Shown here piece by piece: positions 34,001 to 45,368 of a stretch of DNA of 64,000 nucleotides (positions within the stretch are counted from its first letter, which is position 1; every line of letters starts with the position of its first letter). A program made the translations under genes and the position numbers. A model generated the notes under the pieces. That model was not told where the DNA came from and did no database searches. It saw only the letters and a program-made list of their open reading frames with translations. The DNA comes from an uncultured Hormoscilla sp. (GTDB taxonomy: Bacteria > Cyanobacteriota > Cyanobacteriia > Cyanobacteriales > Desertifilaceae). The DNA lies in assembly GCA_963921275.4 (NCBI GenBank), contig OZ001293.3, positions 4,448,001 to 4,512,000 on the forward strand, in the 5' to 3' direction.

Positions 34001-36850
34001 GAACTCACTGCTAACTAACAGTTCCCCTGACTTTGAGACCCAGTCCAGTTACAGCATCCGCGTCCAGACTACTGACTCTACTGGGAACAGTTACTCAGAA
34101 GCCTTGACTATTAGCGTCATTGATGTTGCTGTAGAGAACTCCGATCCTATCGATATCGACCTCAGCAACAGCAGCATTGATGAAAACGTCTAAGTCAATA
34201 CTGTCGTAGGGACTTTCTCAACTACCGACCCTGACATTGGAGATACCTTTACCTACCGGTTAGTCGGAGGCGCTGGTGCCGATGATAACGCCGCTTTCAC
34301 CATAGTAGGGGACCAATTGCGAATTAATAGTTCTCCGGACTTTGAGACTCAGTCGAGTTACCTCATCCGCGTCCAAACTACCGACTCTGTTGGGGCCAGT
34401 CGCGAGGAGGCCTTCATGATTAACGTCAATGATGTTGCCGAGTTTCCTACCGACCTAGTTCTCAGCAACAATAGCATTAATGAAGACTCTCCATTGGGTG
34501 CAGTTGTGGGGACTTTCTCTACTGCTGATCCTGACGATGAAGATAGCTTTACCTACGAGTTAGTCTTCGGCAACAATGCTTTTACTATAGTAGGGGACCA
34601 ACTGCTAACTAACAGTTCTTTGGACTTTGAGACTCAGTCCAGTTACAGCCTCCGCGTCCAGACTACTGACTCTGCTAGTAATAGTTTTGAGGAGGTCTTG
34701 ACTATTAATGTCAACGATGTCGGCGAGTCTCCTACCGACCTAGTCCTTAGCAGCAGCAGCATTGATGAAAACTCTCCATTGGGTGCAGTTGTGGGAACTT
34801 TCTCTACTACTGACCCCGACGAGGGAGATAGCTTTACCTACATGCTTGTCTCCGGCAACAATGCCTTTACTATAGTAGGGGACCAACTGCTAACTAACAG
34901 TTCTTTGGACTTTGAGACTCAGTCCAGTTACAGCCTCCGCGTCCAGACTACTGACTCTGCTAGTAATAGTTTTGAGGAGGTCTTGACTATTAATGTTATT
35001 GATGAAGCAGAGAATTCTTCTCCTACTGATATAATTCTTAGCAGCAGCAGCATCAACGAAAACTCTCCATTGGGTGCAGTTGTGGGGACTTTGTCTACTA
35101 CTGACCCCGACGAGGGAGATAGCTTTACCTACATGCTTGTCTCCGGCAACAATGCCTTTACTATAGTAGGGGACCAACTGCTAACTAACAGTTCTTTGGA
35201 CTTTGAGACTCAGTCCAGTTACAGCCTCCGCGTCCAGACTACTGACTCTGCTAGTAATAGTTTTGAGGAGGTCTTGACTATTAACGTGAATGATGTTGCA
35301 GAGAATTCTTCTCCTACCTCCATAGTCCTTAGCAGCAGCAGCATCAACGAAAACTCTCCATTGGGTGCAGTTGTGGGGACTTTGTCTACTACTGACCCCG
35401 ACGAGGGAGATAGCTTTACCTACATGCTTGTCTCCGGCAACAATGCCTTTACTATAGTAGGGGACCAACTGCTAACTAACAGTTCTTTGGACTTTGAGAC
35501 TCAGTCCAGTTACAGCCTCCGCGTCCAGACTACTGACTCTGCTAGTAATAGTTTTGAGGAGGTCTTGACTATTAACGTGAATGATGTTGCAGAGAATTCT
35601 TCTCCTACCTCCATAGTCCTTAGCAGCAGCAGCATCAACGAAAACTCTCCATTGGGTGCAGTTGTGGGGACTTTGTCTACTAGCGATCCCGACGAGGGAG
35701 ATAGCTTTACCTACATGCTTGTCTCGGGCAACAATGCCTTCACCATAGTAGGGAACCAACTGCGAATTAACAGTTCCCCTGACTTTGAGACTCAGTCCAG
35801 TTACAGCCTCCGCGTCCAGACTACTGACTCAACTGGGGCCAGTTACTCGGAGGTCTTGATTATTAACGTCAACGATGTCGGCGAGTCTCCTACCGACCTA
35901 GTCCTTAGTAGCAGCAACATCAATGAAGATTCCCTATTGGGTGCAGTCGTGGAACTTTGTCTACTACCGATCCCGATAATGGAGATACTTTTACTTACCA
36001 GTTAGTCTCGGGCGACGGTGACGATGATAATGCTGCTTTCACTATAGTGGGGGACCAACTGCGAATTAACAGTTCTCCGGATTTTGAGACTCAGGAGATT
36101 TACAGGATATTCGTTCAGACTACCGACTCGACTGGGAAAAGTTACTCGGAGGCTTTGATTATTAATGTGAACAATGTTGCTGAGTCTCCTACTGATATAG
36201 TTCTTAGTAATGGCAGCATCAATTCTAATTCCCGCGCGGGTGCGATCGTGGGGACTTTCGGAACTAGCGATCCGGACGGGGGAAATACTTTTACCTATGG
36301 GTTAATCTCTGGTTTTGGTGACGATGATAACGCTGCTTTCACTATAGTAGGGGACCAACTGCTAATTAATAGTTCTCCGGCTTTGGAGATGAGGTCGAGT
36401 TACAGCATCCGCGTTCAGACTACTGACGTTACTGGGGCCAGTTACTCGGAGGCTTTGATTATTAATGTGAACGATGTTGCCGAATCTTTTACTGACCTTA
36501 ACTTCAGCAATACTCGTCAACCCCTAACTCTCAACCCCCAACCCCTAACTTTATCACTCTTTGAGAAGGAGGAGGAGGACACTCTGATCGGCGGGGAGGG
36601 AAGCGATCGCTTCTACGGAAACCATGGAAGCGATCGTCTCTACGAAGGATCAGAGGCCAATATTTTTGTTCTGGAGTCGGACATGATGGGTACTATCATA
36701 GACTTTGAAGATTATACGGACTTTATCAGGCTAGCAGGAGGTTCTCAGGGCCTCGATACCTGGATTAATTTTGAATCGAAAACCATGGCCACCCTGCAGG
36801 GGATTGATGAGACCCTGATTAATGTCGATGATTTCACTGTGGTTAATTGA
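31092..36850 (+). pseudogene. Giant surface protein: DUF4347-like, 7 LRRs, ~15 cadherin-like repeats, RTX-like tail; disrupted
   Basis: LLLYGCNVAAG...GGNWKLE; NQLTGSIPxELGNLSN; STTDPDEGDSFTY...LDFETQSSYSIRVQTTD; breaks at ~31255, ~32180, TAA 34191-34193 and ~35955. Confidence 0.88.
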
Positions 36851-36962
36851 AGTTTACCACGATTGGGGGAACCGCGAGGCGATCTAGTTGAAAACTCCGA
36901 CCCTCTACCTCCTACTTTGGCAATCTTCTGCGATGGGGAGGACATCGATAGAAAAGAAGCAC

Positions 36963-37030
36963 GGGGAAGTGCCTGACTACTGAGGTAAAGTGCCGCACTC
37001 AGTCGGGGAAGTGCCTGACTCAGTCGGGGG
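36963..37030. repeat. Three degenerate ~21-bp repeats
   Basis: GGGGAAGTGCCTGACTCAGTC-like units. Confidence 0.6.
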
Positions 37031-37305
37031 ACTCTATGTATGGGAAGCGTGAAACAAATGGGGCGGGTAGATATAAAAGACCGCTTTCAGCACGTGATTC
37101 ATTTCGTAGGTTTCACTGTAGTAAATGTCACACGCCTGGCAATGGTGGATGGTGCGGCTACCGTTGTGTTGAGTCTCAGGGAGGATCGCACTACCCCCGA
37201 GATATCGTAGTCGCACAAAAGGGGAGACACAGCTCTCTGGCTATTCAAGCGATCTTCGTCTCTTCCCTTGGTCCCATTCCTCTGTCCCCACTTGTTCGCC
37301 ATCTA

Positions 37306-38949
37306 TCAACTCCATCTTTTCTCTGAGTCAATCACTGCGGGTTCATCAGCAATTAAGTTTTCCACCCCTACGCCTTCATCTTCTAGTTCACTTTCGCGGT
37401 TCACTTGCACGGGGATAGCGTTAATAATGGCATCTAATACTTTACCTACAGGGATAATGTTCATACCCAAATCTGGCAAGGACTGACCTTTTGGTATAAT
37501 TGCTTTCTTAAATCCCAACTTGGCAGCTTCTTTGAGGCGTAACTCTAGCTGGGAAACCGGTCGCACCTGTCCGCCTAAACCCACTTCCCCAATGATGACC
37601 ATGCGCGGATCGACAGAGCGATCGCGAAAACTGGCGACCACGGCCACGGCAATTCCCAAGTCAGCTGCCGGTTCTTCAACTCTCAACCCGCCAGCAGAAG
37701 CTACATAAGTATCTAACTTAGACAGGGGAATGCCTACTCGCTTTTCTAACACTGCCAGAATTTGTAGCAGTCGATTGCTTTCCACCCCAGTCGTTGACCG
37801 GCGAGGGGAACCATAGCTCGTGGGACTCACCAGAGCTTGCAATTCCACGACAATAGGGCGGGTGCCTTCCAAGGCCACAATATTGGCCGTTCCCGAGACT
37901 AATTCATCCCGGTTGCCCAGAAATAGCTCCGAGGGATTGGAAATCTCCTTTAATCCCATGGCCACCATTTCAAATACCCCGATTTCGTGGGTAGCACCAA
38001 AACGGTTTTTCATCGAGCGCAGCAGCCGGTGGGAGGCAAAGCGATCGCCCTCAAAATAGAGTACCGTATCTACCAGATGTTCCAGCACGCGCGGACCCGC
38101 GATCGACCCTTCTTTAGTTACGTGACCGACAATAAATAAGTTAATATTTTCCCGCTTCGCCACCTGCATCAGAGCAGAGGTACATTCCCGCACTTGAGCC
38201 ACCGAACCGGGAGCTGAAGTCAGGGAGGGAAAATAGATAGTCTGGATACTGTCAATCACGGCCATCTGGGGTTTGAGAGATTCCAGTTCCCTGAGAATTT
38301 CCTCCAAGTCAGTTTCTGGCAGCAAGTAGAAATCAGTCTCTGATGCCTCTGGAGTAGTGCTCTGGGCGCTCTTCACAGACAGCGGATTTTCTCTTGTCTC
38401 CTGTTTTTCTGTCTCCTGTTCTCCTGTGGGCCCATTGGACCCATTCGTCCAATCGGTCTCCAGTTGAGAAGCTCCTACACCTAAGCGTTGACTGCGCAAT
38501 TTCATCTGCTGACCTGATTCTTCCGCTGATACATAGAGCACCCGATGCTGGTAAGATAATTGGTTAGCTACCTGAAGCAGCAGCGTCGATTTGCCAATTC
38601 CGGGCTCTCCCCCAATCAGTACTAGCGATCCCGGTACAATCCCACCCCCTAACACCCGATCGAGTTCCCCATAACCAGAGGGCCAGCGAGACACAGTCGT
38701 ATCCTTGATCTCCGATAGCTTGAAAGCTGCTCTGGGTTGACCAGATTTTTGGCTTGACTCCTGGTCTCCTCCCATGTCCCGTCTCCAGGAAGAACCGTTC
38801 AAACTCGGTCTCGTCTGGCCAATTGTGCTTAAGCCACCAGCTTGCTCGATCAGGGAATCCCAGCTGTCACAGAATGGACATTTGCCAAACCATTGTGAGG
38901 ACTCCCCCCCGCATTGGTTACATACATATATGGTTTTCGGCTTTGGCAT
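37306..38949 (-). CDS. radA: DNA repair protein RadA/Sms
   Basis: CNQCG...GKCPFC zinc finger, GGEPGIGKST, KNRFG, Lon-like C-terminus. Confidence 0.97.
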   Translation of the reverse strand: MPKPKTIYVCNQCGGESSQWFGKCPFCDSWDSLIEQAGGLSTIGQTRPSLNGSSWRRDMGGDQESSQKSGQPRAAFKLSEIKDTTVSRWPSGYGELDRVLGGGIVPGSLVLIGGEPGIGKSTLLLQVANQLSYQHRVLYVSAEESGQQMKLRSQRLGVGASQLETDWTNGSNGPTGEQETEKQETRENPLSVKSAQSTTPEASETDFYLLPETDLEEILRELESLKPQMAVIDSIQTIYFPSLTSAPGSVAQVRECTSALMQVAKRENINLFIVGHVTKEGSIAGPRVLEHLVDTVLYFEGDRFASHRLLRSMKNRFGATHEIGVFEMVAMGLKEISNPSELFLGNRDELVSGTANIVALEGTRPIVVELQALVSPTSYGSPRRSTTGVESNRLLQILAVLEKRVGIPLSKLDTYVASAGGLRVEEPAADLGIAVAVVASFRDRSVDPRMVIIGEVGLGGQVRPVSQLELRLKEAAKLGFKKAIIPKGQSLPDLGMNIIPVGKVLDAIINAIPVQVNRESELEDEGVGVENLIADEPAVIDSEKRWS

Positions 38950-39217
38950 GGGGTGGTATACAAAAGTTAAATTATCTTAAAATTTTTTCATACTACCATC
39001 GACGATCCAGAAAGGACGGACTTGATGAGAGGAGCGTCAAGAAACCACAAGCTTATAGTTGCCAGATCCTCAATATTTCCTTAAAGTATACTAGAGTTGC
39101 TTGGTTGAAACTGAATACCTGCTTTCTGCTCTCGGCCATCACCTTACTACAGAAAGTGCTGATTATTGTTAAGATAAATCAAATTAGTATGATAAATCAT
39201 TGATAAAGGATTAAGGA

Positions 39218-39958
39218 GTGTTAAGTCCTTTGGAGATTCACAAAGAAAAAATTCTGGTCGTTGATGACGAAGCGAGTATCCGGCGCATCTTAGAGACACG
39301 GTTGTCTATGATTGGCTATGATGTAGTGACAGCAGGCGATGGCGAAGAAGCTCTAAAAACCTTCCGCAACAGCTTTCCCGACCTAGTAGTACTGGATGTG
39401 ATGATGCCAAAGTTAGATGGTTATGGTGTATGTCAGGAGTTACGCAAAGAGTCTGACGTGCCGATCATTATGCTAACGGCTTTGGGAGATGTGGCGGACC
39501 GGATCACGGGTCTGGAGTTGGGAGCGGATGATTACGTAGTCAAACCCTTTTCTCCCAAAGAACTAGAAGCCCGCATCCGTTCGGTGTTGCGCCGAGTAGA
39601 GAAAACCGGAACCTCAGGAATACCGAGTTCGGGAGTGATCTACGTGAGCAGTTTGCGCATTGACACCAATAAGCGACAGGTATATAAAGGAAATGAGCGC
39701 ATCCGGCTGACAGGGATGGAGTTCTCTCTGTTGGAACTGTTAGTCAGCCGCTCTGGAGAAGCATTTTCCCGCTCAGAAATCTTGCAGGAAGTGTGGGGCT
39801 ACACGCCAGAACGTCATGTAGATACCCGGGTGGTGGATGTCCACATCTCTCGTCTGCGAGCCAAGTTGGAAGACGATCTCAGTAACCCAGAGTTGATTCT
39901 GACAGCCAGAGGCACTGGCTACCTGTTCCAGCGAATTATGGACGGGCCCGATATTTGA
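39218..39958 (+). CDS. rpaB: OmpR-family response regulator RpaB
   Basis: KEKILVVDDEASIRRILETRLSMIGY, YTPERHVDTRVVDVHISRLR; radA-rpaB-plsX synteny. Confidence 0.93.
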   Translation: MLSPLEIHKEKILVVDDEASIRRILETRLSMIGYDVVTAGDGEEALKTFRNSFPDLVVLDVMMPKLDGYGVCQELRKESDVPIIMLTALGDVADRITGLELGADDYVVKPFSPKELEARIRSVLRRVEKTGTSGIPSSGVIYVSSLRIDTNKRQVYKGNERIRLTGMEFSLLELLVSRSGEAFSRSEILQEVWGYTPERHVDTRVVDVHISRLRAKLEDDLSNPELILTARGTGYLFQRIMDGPDI

Positions 39959-40033
39959 CTTGCGCCTGGTAAAGGCAGTACACTTATGTCTTACCATAAG
40001 GTAGAATTTGTAAGGTTTTTATGACTTGGATAA

Positions 40034-41062
40034 ATGGGCTCAACTCCAGCAAAACCAAGGATAGCAATAGATGCTATGGGTGGGGACTACGCCCCGGACG
40101 AGATTGTCGCAGGAGCGCTGAGGGCAACTGAAGAACTCGGCGTTGAGGTGCTGCTGGTGGGAGACCCGCAGCTGATTAGAGACTCAATAGCGCAACATAC
40201 TCATTCACATCAGCTGGAAATAATTCCAGCGGACGGTGTGATTACTATGAGCGAAGAGCCTTTGGTAGGTATCAGACGCAAATCTAAAGCCTCCATCAAT
40301 GTGGCAATGGATTTAGTAAAGCGCCAAGAGGCTCGAGCAGTGGTATCGGCAGGTCATTCGGGTGCAGCAATGGCAGCCGGTCTATTGCGCTTGGGTCGTC
40401 TGCCGGGAATAGACCGGCCAGCGATCGGGGCAGTGCTGCCCACAATCGTGGCCAGTAAACAAGTCCTGATTCTGGATGTAGGGGCGAACGTGGACTGCCG
40501 GCCTCAGTTCTTAGAGCAATTTGCCATGATGGGAACAATATACAGCAAGTATGTGCTGGGCATACCAGACCCGAAGGTGGGACTGCTCAATATCGGTGAA
40601 GAATCCAGTAAGGGAGACGATCTGACAGTGCGCACTCACCAGCTACTGCAAGATAATCCGGAAATTCCCTTCATTGGTAACGCCGAGGGTCGAGATGTCC
40701 TCTCCGGCCGCTATGATGTAGTAGTTTGTGATGGCTTTGTGGGTAATGTGCTGCTGAAGTTTGCAGAAGCGATCGGTGCGGTAGTGCTGCAAATCCTTCG
40801 GGAGGAGTTGCCCCAGGGCTGGCGCGGCCAGATGGGTAAGGCACTGTTGAAACCGAACCTAAAGCGGATTAAGCAGCGGATGGACCACGCTGAACATGGC
40901 GGTGGCTTGTTGCTGGGAGTGGCCGGAATTTGCATTATCTCTCACGGGAGCTCTCAGGCTCCCTCGATATTTAATGCGATTCGCTTGGCTGCTGAGGCGA
41001 TCGAAAACCGGGTACTTGATCGCATTGTGTCTCAGTATCAAGAAATCTCGCAGCAATCATAA
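40034..41062 (+). CDS. plsX: Phosphate acyltransferase
   Basis: IAIDAMGGDYAP, VSAGHSGA, LDVGAN, CDGFVGN. Confidence 0.97.
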   Translation: MGSTPAKPRIAIDAMGGDYAPDEIVAGALRATEELGVEVLLVGDPQLIRDSIAQHTHSHQLEIIPADGVITMSEEPLVGIRRKSKASINVAMDLVKRQEARAVVSAGHSGAAMAAGLLRLGRLPGIDRPAIGAVLPTIVASKQVLILDVGANVDCRPQFLEQFAMMGTIYSKYVLGIPDPKVGLLNIGEESSKGDDLTVRTHQLLQDNPEIPFIGNAEGRDVLSGRYDVVVCDGFVGNVLLKFAEAIGAVVLQILREELPQGWRGQMGKALLKPNLKRIKQRMDHAEHGGGLLLGVAGICIISHGSSQAPSIFNAIRLAAEAIENRVLDRIVSQYQEISQQS

Positions 41063-41207
41063 AATTCTCTGATATTAGCGGTCAGCGTTAGTGGTCAGTT
41101 GTTAGTAGTCAGTTGTTAGTGGTCAGTAGCTGGTGCAGTAGCTGATAGCTAATGGCTGATAGCTAATAGCTGTCAAACAGGATGGTGGTGTTCAGTGGAG
41201 AAATAAA

Positions 41208-42206
41208 TTGAATCAATTAAGCGTCGGTGTGGCAATTACCGGGAGTGGCTCGGCAACTCCAAAGGTTACTCTTGATAACGAAGGCTTGTCGAAGATAGTG
41301 GAAACCTCAGATGAGTGGATAACTTCCCGGACGGGAATTAAAACACGATGTCTGGCATCGCCGACTGAGTCTGTGACGGATATGGCGGCGGCGGCGGCAA
41401 GAGAGGCTCTCGCAATGGCTGGAATTACTCCAGCTTCTTTGGATTTAATCATTCTGACAACTTCTACTGCTGACGATCTATTTGGCAGTGCTAGTCTGAT
41501 TCAATCTCAATTAGGTGCATCAAAGGCTGTGGCTTTTGACTTGACAGCTGCTTGCTCTGGGTTTATCTTTGGTCTGGTGACAGGGGCTCAGTTTATCCGT
41601 ACAGGAACTTACTGGAATATATTGCTAGTGAGTGCAGATATTCTCTCACGCTGGGTAGATTGGTCCGATCGCAGCACTTGCGTCCTCTTTGGGGATGGTG
41701 CTGGTGCGGTGGTCATGCAGGCCCATGGGGAGGATCGGCTTTTGGGATTTGAACTCAAGAGTGATGGCAGTCAAAATGAATGTCTCCAACTAGCTTACCA
41801 GTCAGAACCAAAGGAACTGATCTCTGGAGTTGCCGTTGCTCGGGGAACCTATCAACCGATTACCATGAACGGCAAGGAAGTCTATCGCTTTGCCGTGCAG
41901 CGAGTGCCAGAAGTGCTCTCAAAAGCCCTGTTTAGAGCAAACATGAGGACAGATGAAGTAGACTGGCTACTGCTGCATCAAGCTAATCAGCGCATTCTGG
42001 ATGCTGTGGCGCAACGGTTGCAGATTCCCGACCATAAGGTGCTCAGCAATTTGGCTAACTACGGTAATACCTCAGCGGCTTCCATTCCTATTGCTTTGGA
42101 TGAAGCTGTGCGCTCTGGTAGAATTAAATATGGTGACGTTATTGCTGCTTCGGGTTTTGGTGCCGGGTTAACTTGGGGGGCAGCGGTTTTCCAATGGGGA
42201 AGGTAA
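41208..42206 (+). CDS. fabH: Beta-ketoacyl-ACP synthase III
   Basis: AACSGF, LFGDGAGA, HQANQRI, GNTSAAS, GFGAGLTWG. Confidence 0.97.
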   Translation: MNQLSVGVAITGSGSATPKVTLDNEGLSKIVETSDEWITSRTGIKTRCLASPTESVTDMAAAAAREALAMAGITPASLDLIILTTSTADDLFGSASLIQSQLGASKAVAFDLTAACSGFIFGLVTGAQFIRTGTYWNILLVSADILSRWVDWSDRSTCVLFGDGAGAVVMQAHGEDRLLGFELKSDGSQNECLQLAYQSEPKELISGVAVARGTYQPITMNGKEVYRFAVQRVPEVLSKALFRANMRTDEVDWLLLHQANQRILDAVAQRLQIPDHKVLSNLANYGNTSAASIPIALDEAVRSGRIKYGDVIAASGFGAGLTWGAAVFQWGR

Positions 42207-42207
42207 G

Positions 42208-42795
42208 GTGACATTATGGTCGGAGGAGAAAAAACAACGAAAAAACTGGGATTTGTGCTATCAAAAGAAAGTTAAGATGGGATCGAAATTGATTAACCAT
42301 CAAGTTCCTTTAGATTTAATGGATGATGACGATGAAATATGTCACTTGGCTAGAAAATTATCTGCTAGTAGAATGCGCTGTGCGCACGCTGCGCGATCGA
42401 CAGCAGTTTTGGCATTTGTTGTTGATAATGGTTTGCACTAGATTTTCTGTACGAAAATTATCAGTTAGTAGTTGAACTCAAACCCAGATGGATTTAGGCT
42501 TGGCTTTGATGAGGTAAATGATCCGGGACTGGAACGATTTAAGAGAAATCCCCATAATTTTTTACAATCCAGGATCCCGGGTAATAAATGGCAGTATATT
42601 AATCATATTATGACAGCAGGTCGAGCTAGAAATATAGATGACACGGGAGAAGTAGTGCCAGAGCACTTGTCGCTATTATTAGGCATTGATGAAGAGCGTG
42701 CTTTGTCAGGATACCATAAATTGGAAAATGGCTATTGGTCCGATGACACTCCCATTATTGAAGATGCTAGTGAATTTAAGTTAGTTAAACGTTAA
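42208..42795 (+). pseudogene. AT-rich hypothetical gene remnant(s) between fabH and fabD
   Basis: Two same-frame ORFs (42208-42441, 42472-42795) separated by stops; family not recognised. Confidence 0.35.
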
Positions 42796-42808
42796 AGAAA
42801 TCAAAAAA

Positions 42809-43690
42809 GTGATGAAAACTGCATGGGTGTTTCCCGGACAAGGTTCCCAAGAAGTAGGTATGGGAGTGGACTTAAAAGATATACCAGCTGCTAAAGAAAA
42901 ATTCGAGAAAGCTGAGCAAATTTTAGGTTTGTCGATCCTAAAACTATGCCAAAGTGACAAAGAAAAGCTATCTCGGACTCTATATACTCAGCCTTGCATT
43001 TATGCGATCGAAAGCATTCTGGCTGATTTGATGCGGTCCCAGGGACATGAACCTGATTTGGTTGCAGGTCACAGTCTGGGAGAATATGTGGCTCTCTATA
43101 CGGCGGGTGTGTTTGATTTTGTCACGGGATTAAAGCTGGTCTATGAGCGTGCAAAACTGATGGATAGTGCTGCGGGTGGTAAGATGATGGGGTTAATGGG
43201 GTTCTCACGCTCCGAGTTGGAAGCCGCAATCTCACAAACCCCGGATGTGGTGTTAGCGAATGACAATAGTGCGGCTCAAGTGGTGATTTCTGGTACGGAT
43301 GCTGCGGTGGAAACGGTGATAGTCCAGGTGAAGGTGAAACGTGCTGTGCCATTAAAGGTCTCGGGTGCCTTTCATTCTCCGTTAATGGCACCCGTGGCGA
43401 CTGAGTTTCAGCAACTTTTGGAGTCGGTTTCCTTTGCTGATGCTCGAGTACCGGTACTATCTAACGTGGAACCGGTGCCAGCAACAGCGGCAGCCGTGTT
43501 GAAACAGCGTCTGAAACAGCAGATAACGGGTTCGGTGCGGTGGCGGGAAATCTGCCTGCAATTACCCCAGTCCGGAATTGAGCGAGTGGTGGAAATTGGA
43601 CCAGGTAAGGTGCTTACGGGTCTGATTAAACGCACTTGTGCCGAATTGCTCTTAGAAAATGTCAGCGGTCTTGCTGATTTGCCAAGTTAA
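42809..43690 (+). CDS. fabD: Malonyl-CoA:ACP transacylase
   Basis: FPGQGSQ, GHSLGEY, VSGAFHS, EIGPGKVL. Confidence 0.97.
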   Translation: MMKTAWVFPGQGSQEVGMGVDLKDIPAAKEKFEKAEQILGLSILKLCQSDKEKLSRTLYTQPCIYAIESILADLMRSQGHEPDLVAGHSLGEYVALYTAGVFDFVTGLKLVYERAKLMDSAAGGKMMGLMGFSRSELEAAISQTPDVVLANDNSAAQVVISGTDAAVETVIVQVKVKRAVPLKVSGAFHSPLMAPVATEFQQLLESVSFADARVPVLSNVEPVPATAAAVLKQRLKQQITGSVRWREICLQLPQSGIERVVEIGPGKVLTGLIKRTCAELLLENVSGLADLPS

Positions 43691-43718
43691 CCTAACCTTA
43701 ACCTGCGAGCGAGTATCT

Positions 43719-44589
43719 GGATGGGGTCGAGCCGGGAATCGCTTCCCGACCCTCCCTTTCGGAACCGGACTTGCGATTTTCACCGCATCCGGCTACTGGG
43801 TACTAGGCCCTTTTCATAGGTAGACTTAATAGGAATTACTTCCGTTAGCCCTTGCCGCCTGTCTTTTCTTCCCTTTCCTGGTTTAGCGAGTGGTTGTTCT
43901 GATAACCGTTAGTATCACCATTTTCAAGTCAGTTTTACCAGTTATCCATACCTTATCCTCCACTTGCGTTTCGGATTAGTTCCGTGGCTTTTTAGGATTA
44001 CTCATTCCAGCAGCTTCCTAGTATCACCGACCCACGTCAGCGCTGGCTACCCAGCATCATCTACATTACTGTAGATGTTATCCCAGGAATTACCCCGGGC
44101 ATTCGCTTCTTGGGCCATCCCTCCCCCCGTGGCTTGCGCTTAACATCTAACTTGTCCTGATGGACAGCACACGAGAGGTTACTTCGTTCCCTAACAACAT
44201 TTCGCGATACCTTTAGGTCCACACTATACCCCGGGAGCTATTTGAGTACTATATTAGCCAGAGTCTAAAACTAATACTAGCTACCATTTCCTTTTTAGGC
44301 CAGCGCATATAGCCTTATTTCGCTGGTTCCTTATAACGAGGCTTGCACATGTTTGCCTGCTCTAACCTTGGATATCTTTCCTAGCGGCGTCACCGGCTTA
44401 GGCTGCCAGTTATCCTACATTTGAGTCCTCGCTTAGCACCACGATGATGTCGCTTCGTAGCACCGAGGACCGGTGTCACCCCCGTACCTGGGGGGAGGGG
44501 AATTTAACCCCCATGCGGTCAGAGTTCCCGGCTAATGAAACCGGGCTAGCGTTCCGTGTTTGACCACGTTAGGCTAGAACGAATCGCAC
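43719..44589 (-). mobile_element. 871-nt ORF-less group II intron, copy B (intergenic)
   Basis: Near-identical to copies A and C; 5' exon TTTCTTGAGTCT. Confidence 0.95.
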
Positions 44590-44645
44590 AGACTCAAGAA
44601 ATTGGCATAGAATAAGGCTAGAAATTATCCAGCACCGAAAGATAA

Positions 44646-45368
44646 ATGAAGAAGGCAATTTACTGGTTAATGGGCGAAAAGGCTGGACGCACCATAGTCG
44701 GGACTTGGAACTGGCTGTGGGGTATCCCAGTGGAACAAGGCGGCAAGGTCGCTGTGGCAACCGCTGAAGAATCATTGCAGTCGATGCAGGAGTCGGTGCA
44801 AAAGCTGGCAAAGGCGGTGGCGACTCAGGTGGCAGCCTACGAACGGGCAAAGCAAAAGTATCAGGAGAAGGTAAAGGAATTACAGAATGCAGAAAATCAA
44901 GCGGCGATCGCCCAACGTTCTGGTAACTCAGAGGCGGCGCGGATGGCGATGGCGAAGGTGCTGCAAGTGGAGAAATTGCTGCCGCAGTTGGAATCTCAGG
45001 TGAAACAGGCGGAACAGTATGTCAATGCTTCTAAGGATAAGCTGAATCGCGAACGGATGAAGATCGAAGAGTATAAGGCCCAAATGCAAAATATGAAAGA
45101 CCTGGCGGAAATTAACGAAGCCCTGGGGGCGATCGCCAAGGTGAACAACGAGTTTGATATCGGTAGCGCCCGCTCGCAGTTTGAAACCGCCAAAAATGCT
45201 GTGGAACGCCGCAACCTGCAAGAAAGCGCTATTGCAGAATTGTCAGAGAACTCAGCGGAGAAGCTCCAGGCTGAGTTGGAACAAATGACCGCAGACGATG
45301 AAATAGCTCGTAGGCTCCAAATACTGGAAGGTTTCAGTCCTCGACAACTACCTGAAGGAGAAAACTAA
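44646..45368 (+). CDS. PspA/IM30 family coiled-coil protein
   Basis: Long heptad helices, AIAQRSGNSEAARMAM, C-terminal DDEIARRL. Confidence 0.75.
   Translation: MKKAIYWLMGEKAGRTIVGTWNWLWGIPVEQGGKVAVATAEESLQSMQESVQKLAKAVATQVAAYERAKQKYQEKVKELQNAENQAAIAQRSGNSEAARMAMAKVLQVEKLLPQLESQVKQAEQYVNASKDKLNRERMKIEEYKAQMQNMKDLAEINEALGAIAKVNNEFDIGSARSQFETAKNAVERRNLQESAIAELSENSAEKLQAELEQMTADDEIARRLQILEGFSPRQLPEGEN

Noticed and set aside
31533..35759. Repeated minus-strand ORFs starting MVPYYSKG
   Set aside because: Antisense shadows of the cadherin and LRR repeats
37110..37216. IS1-like zinc-finger remnant (HHCQACDIYYSET)
   Set aside because: Too short to support a call without a search
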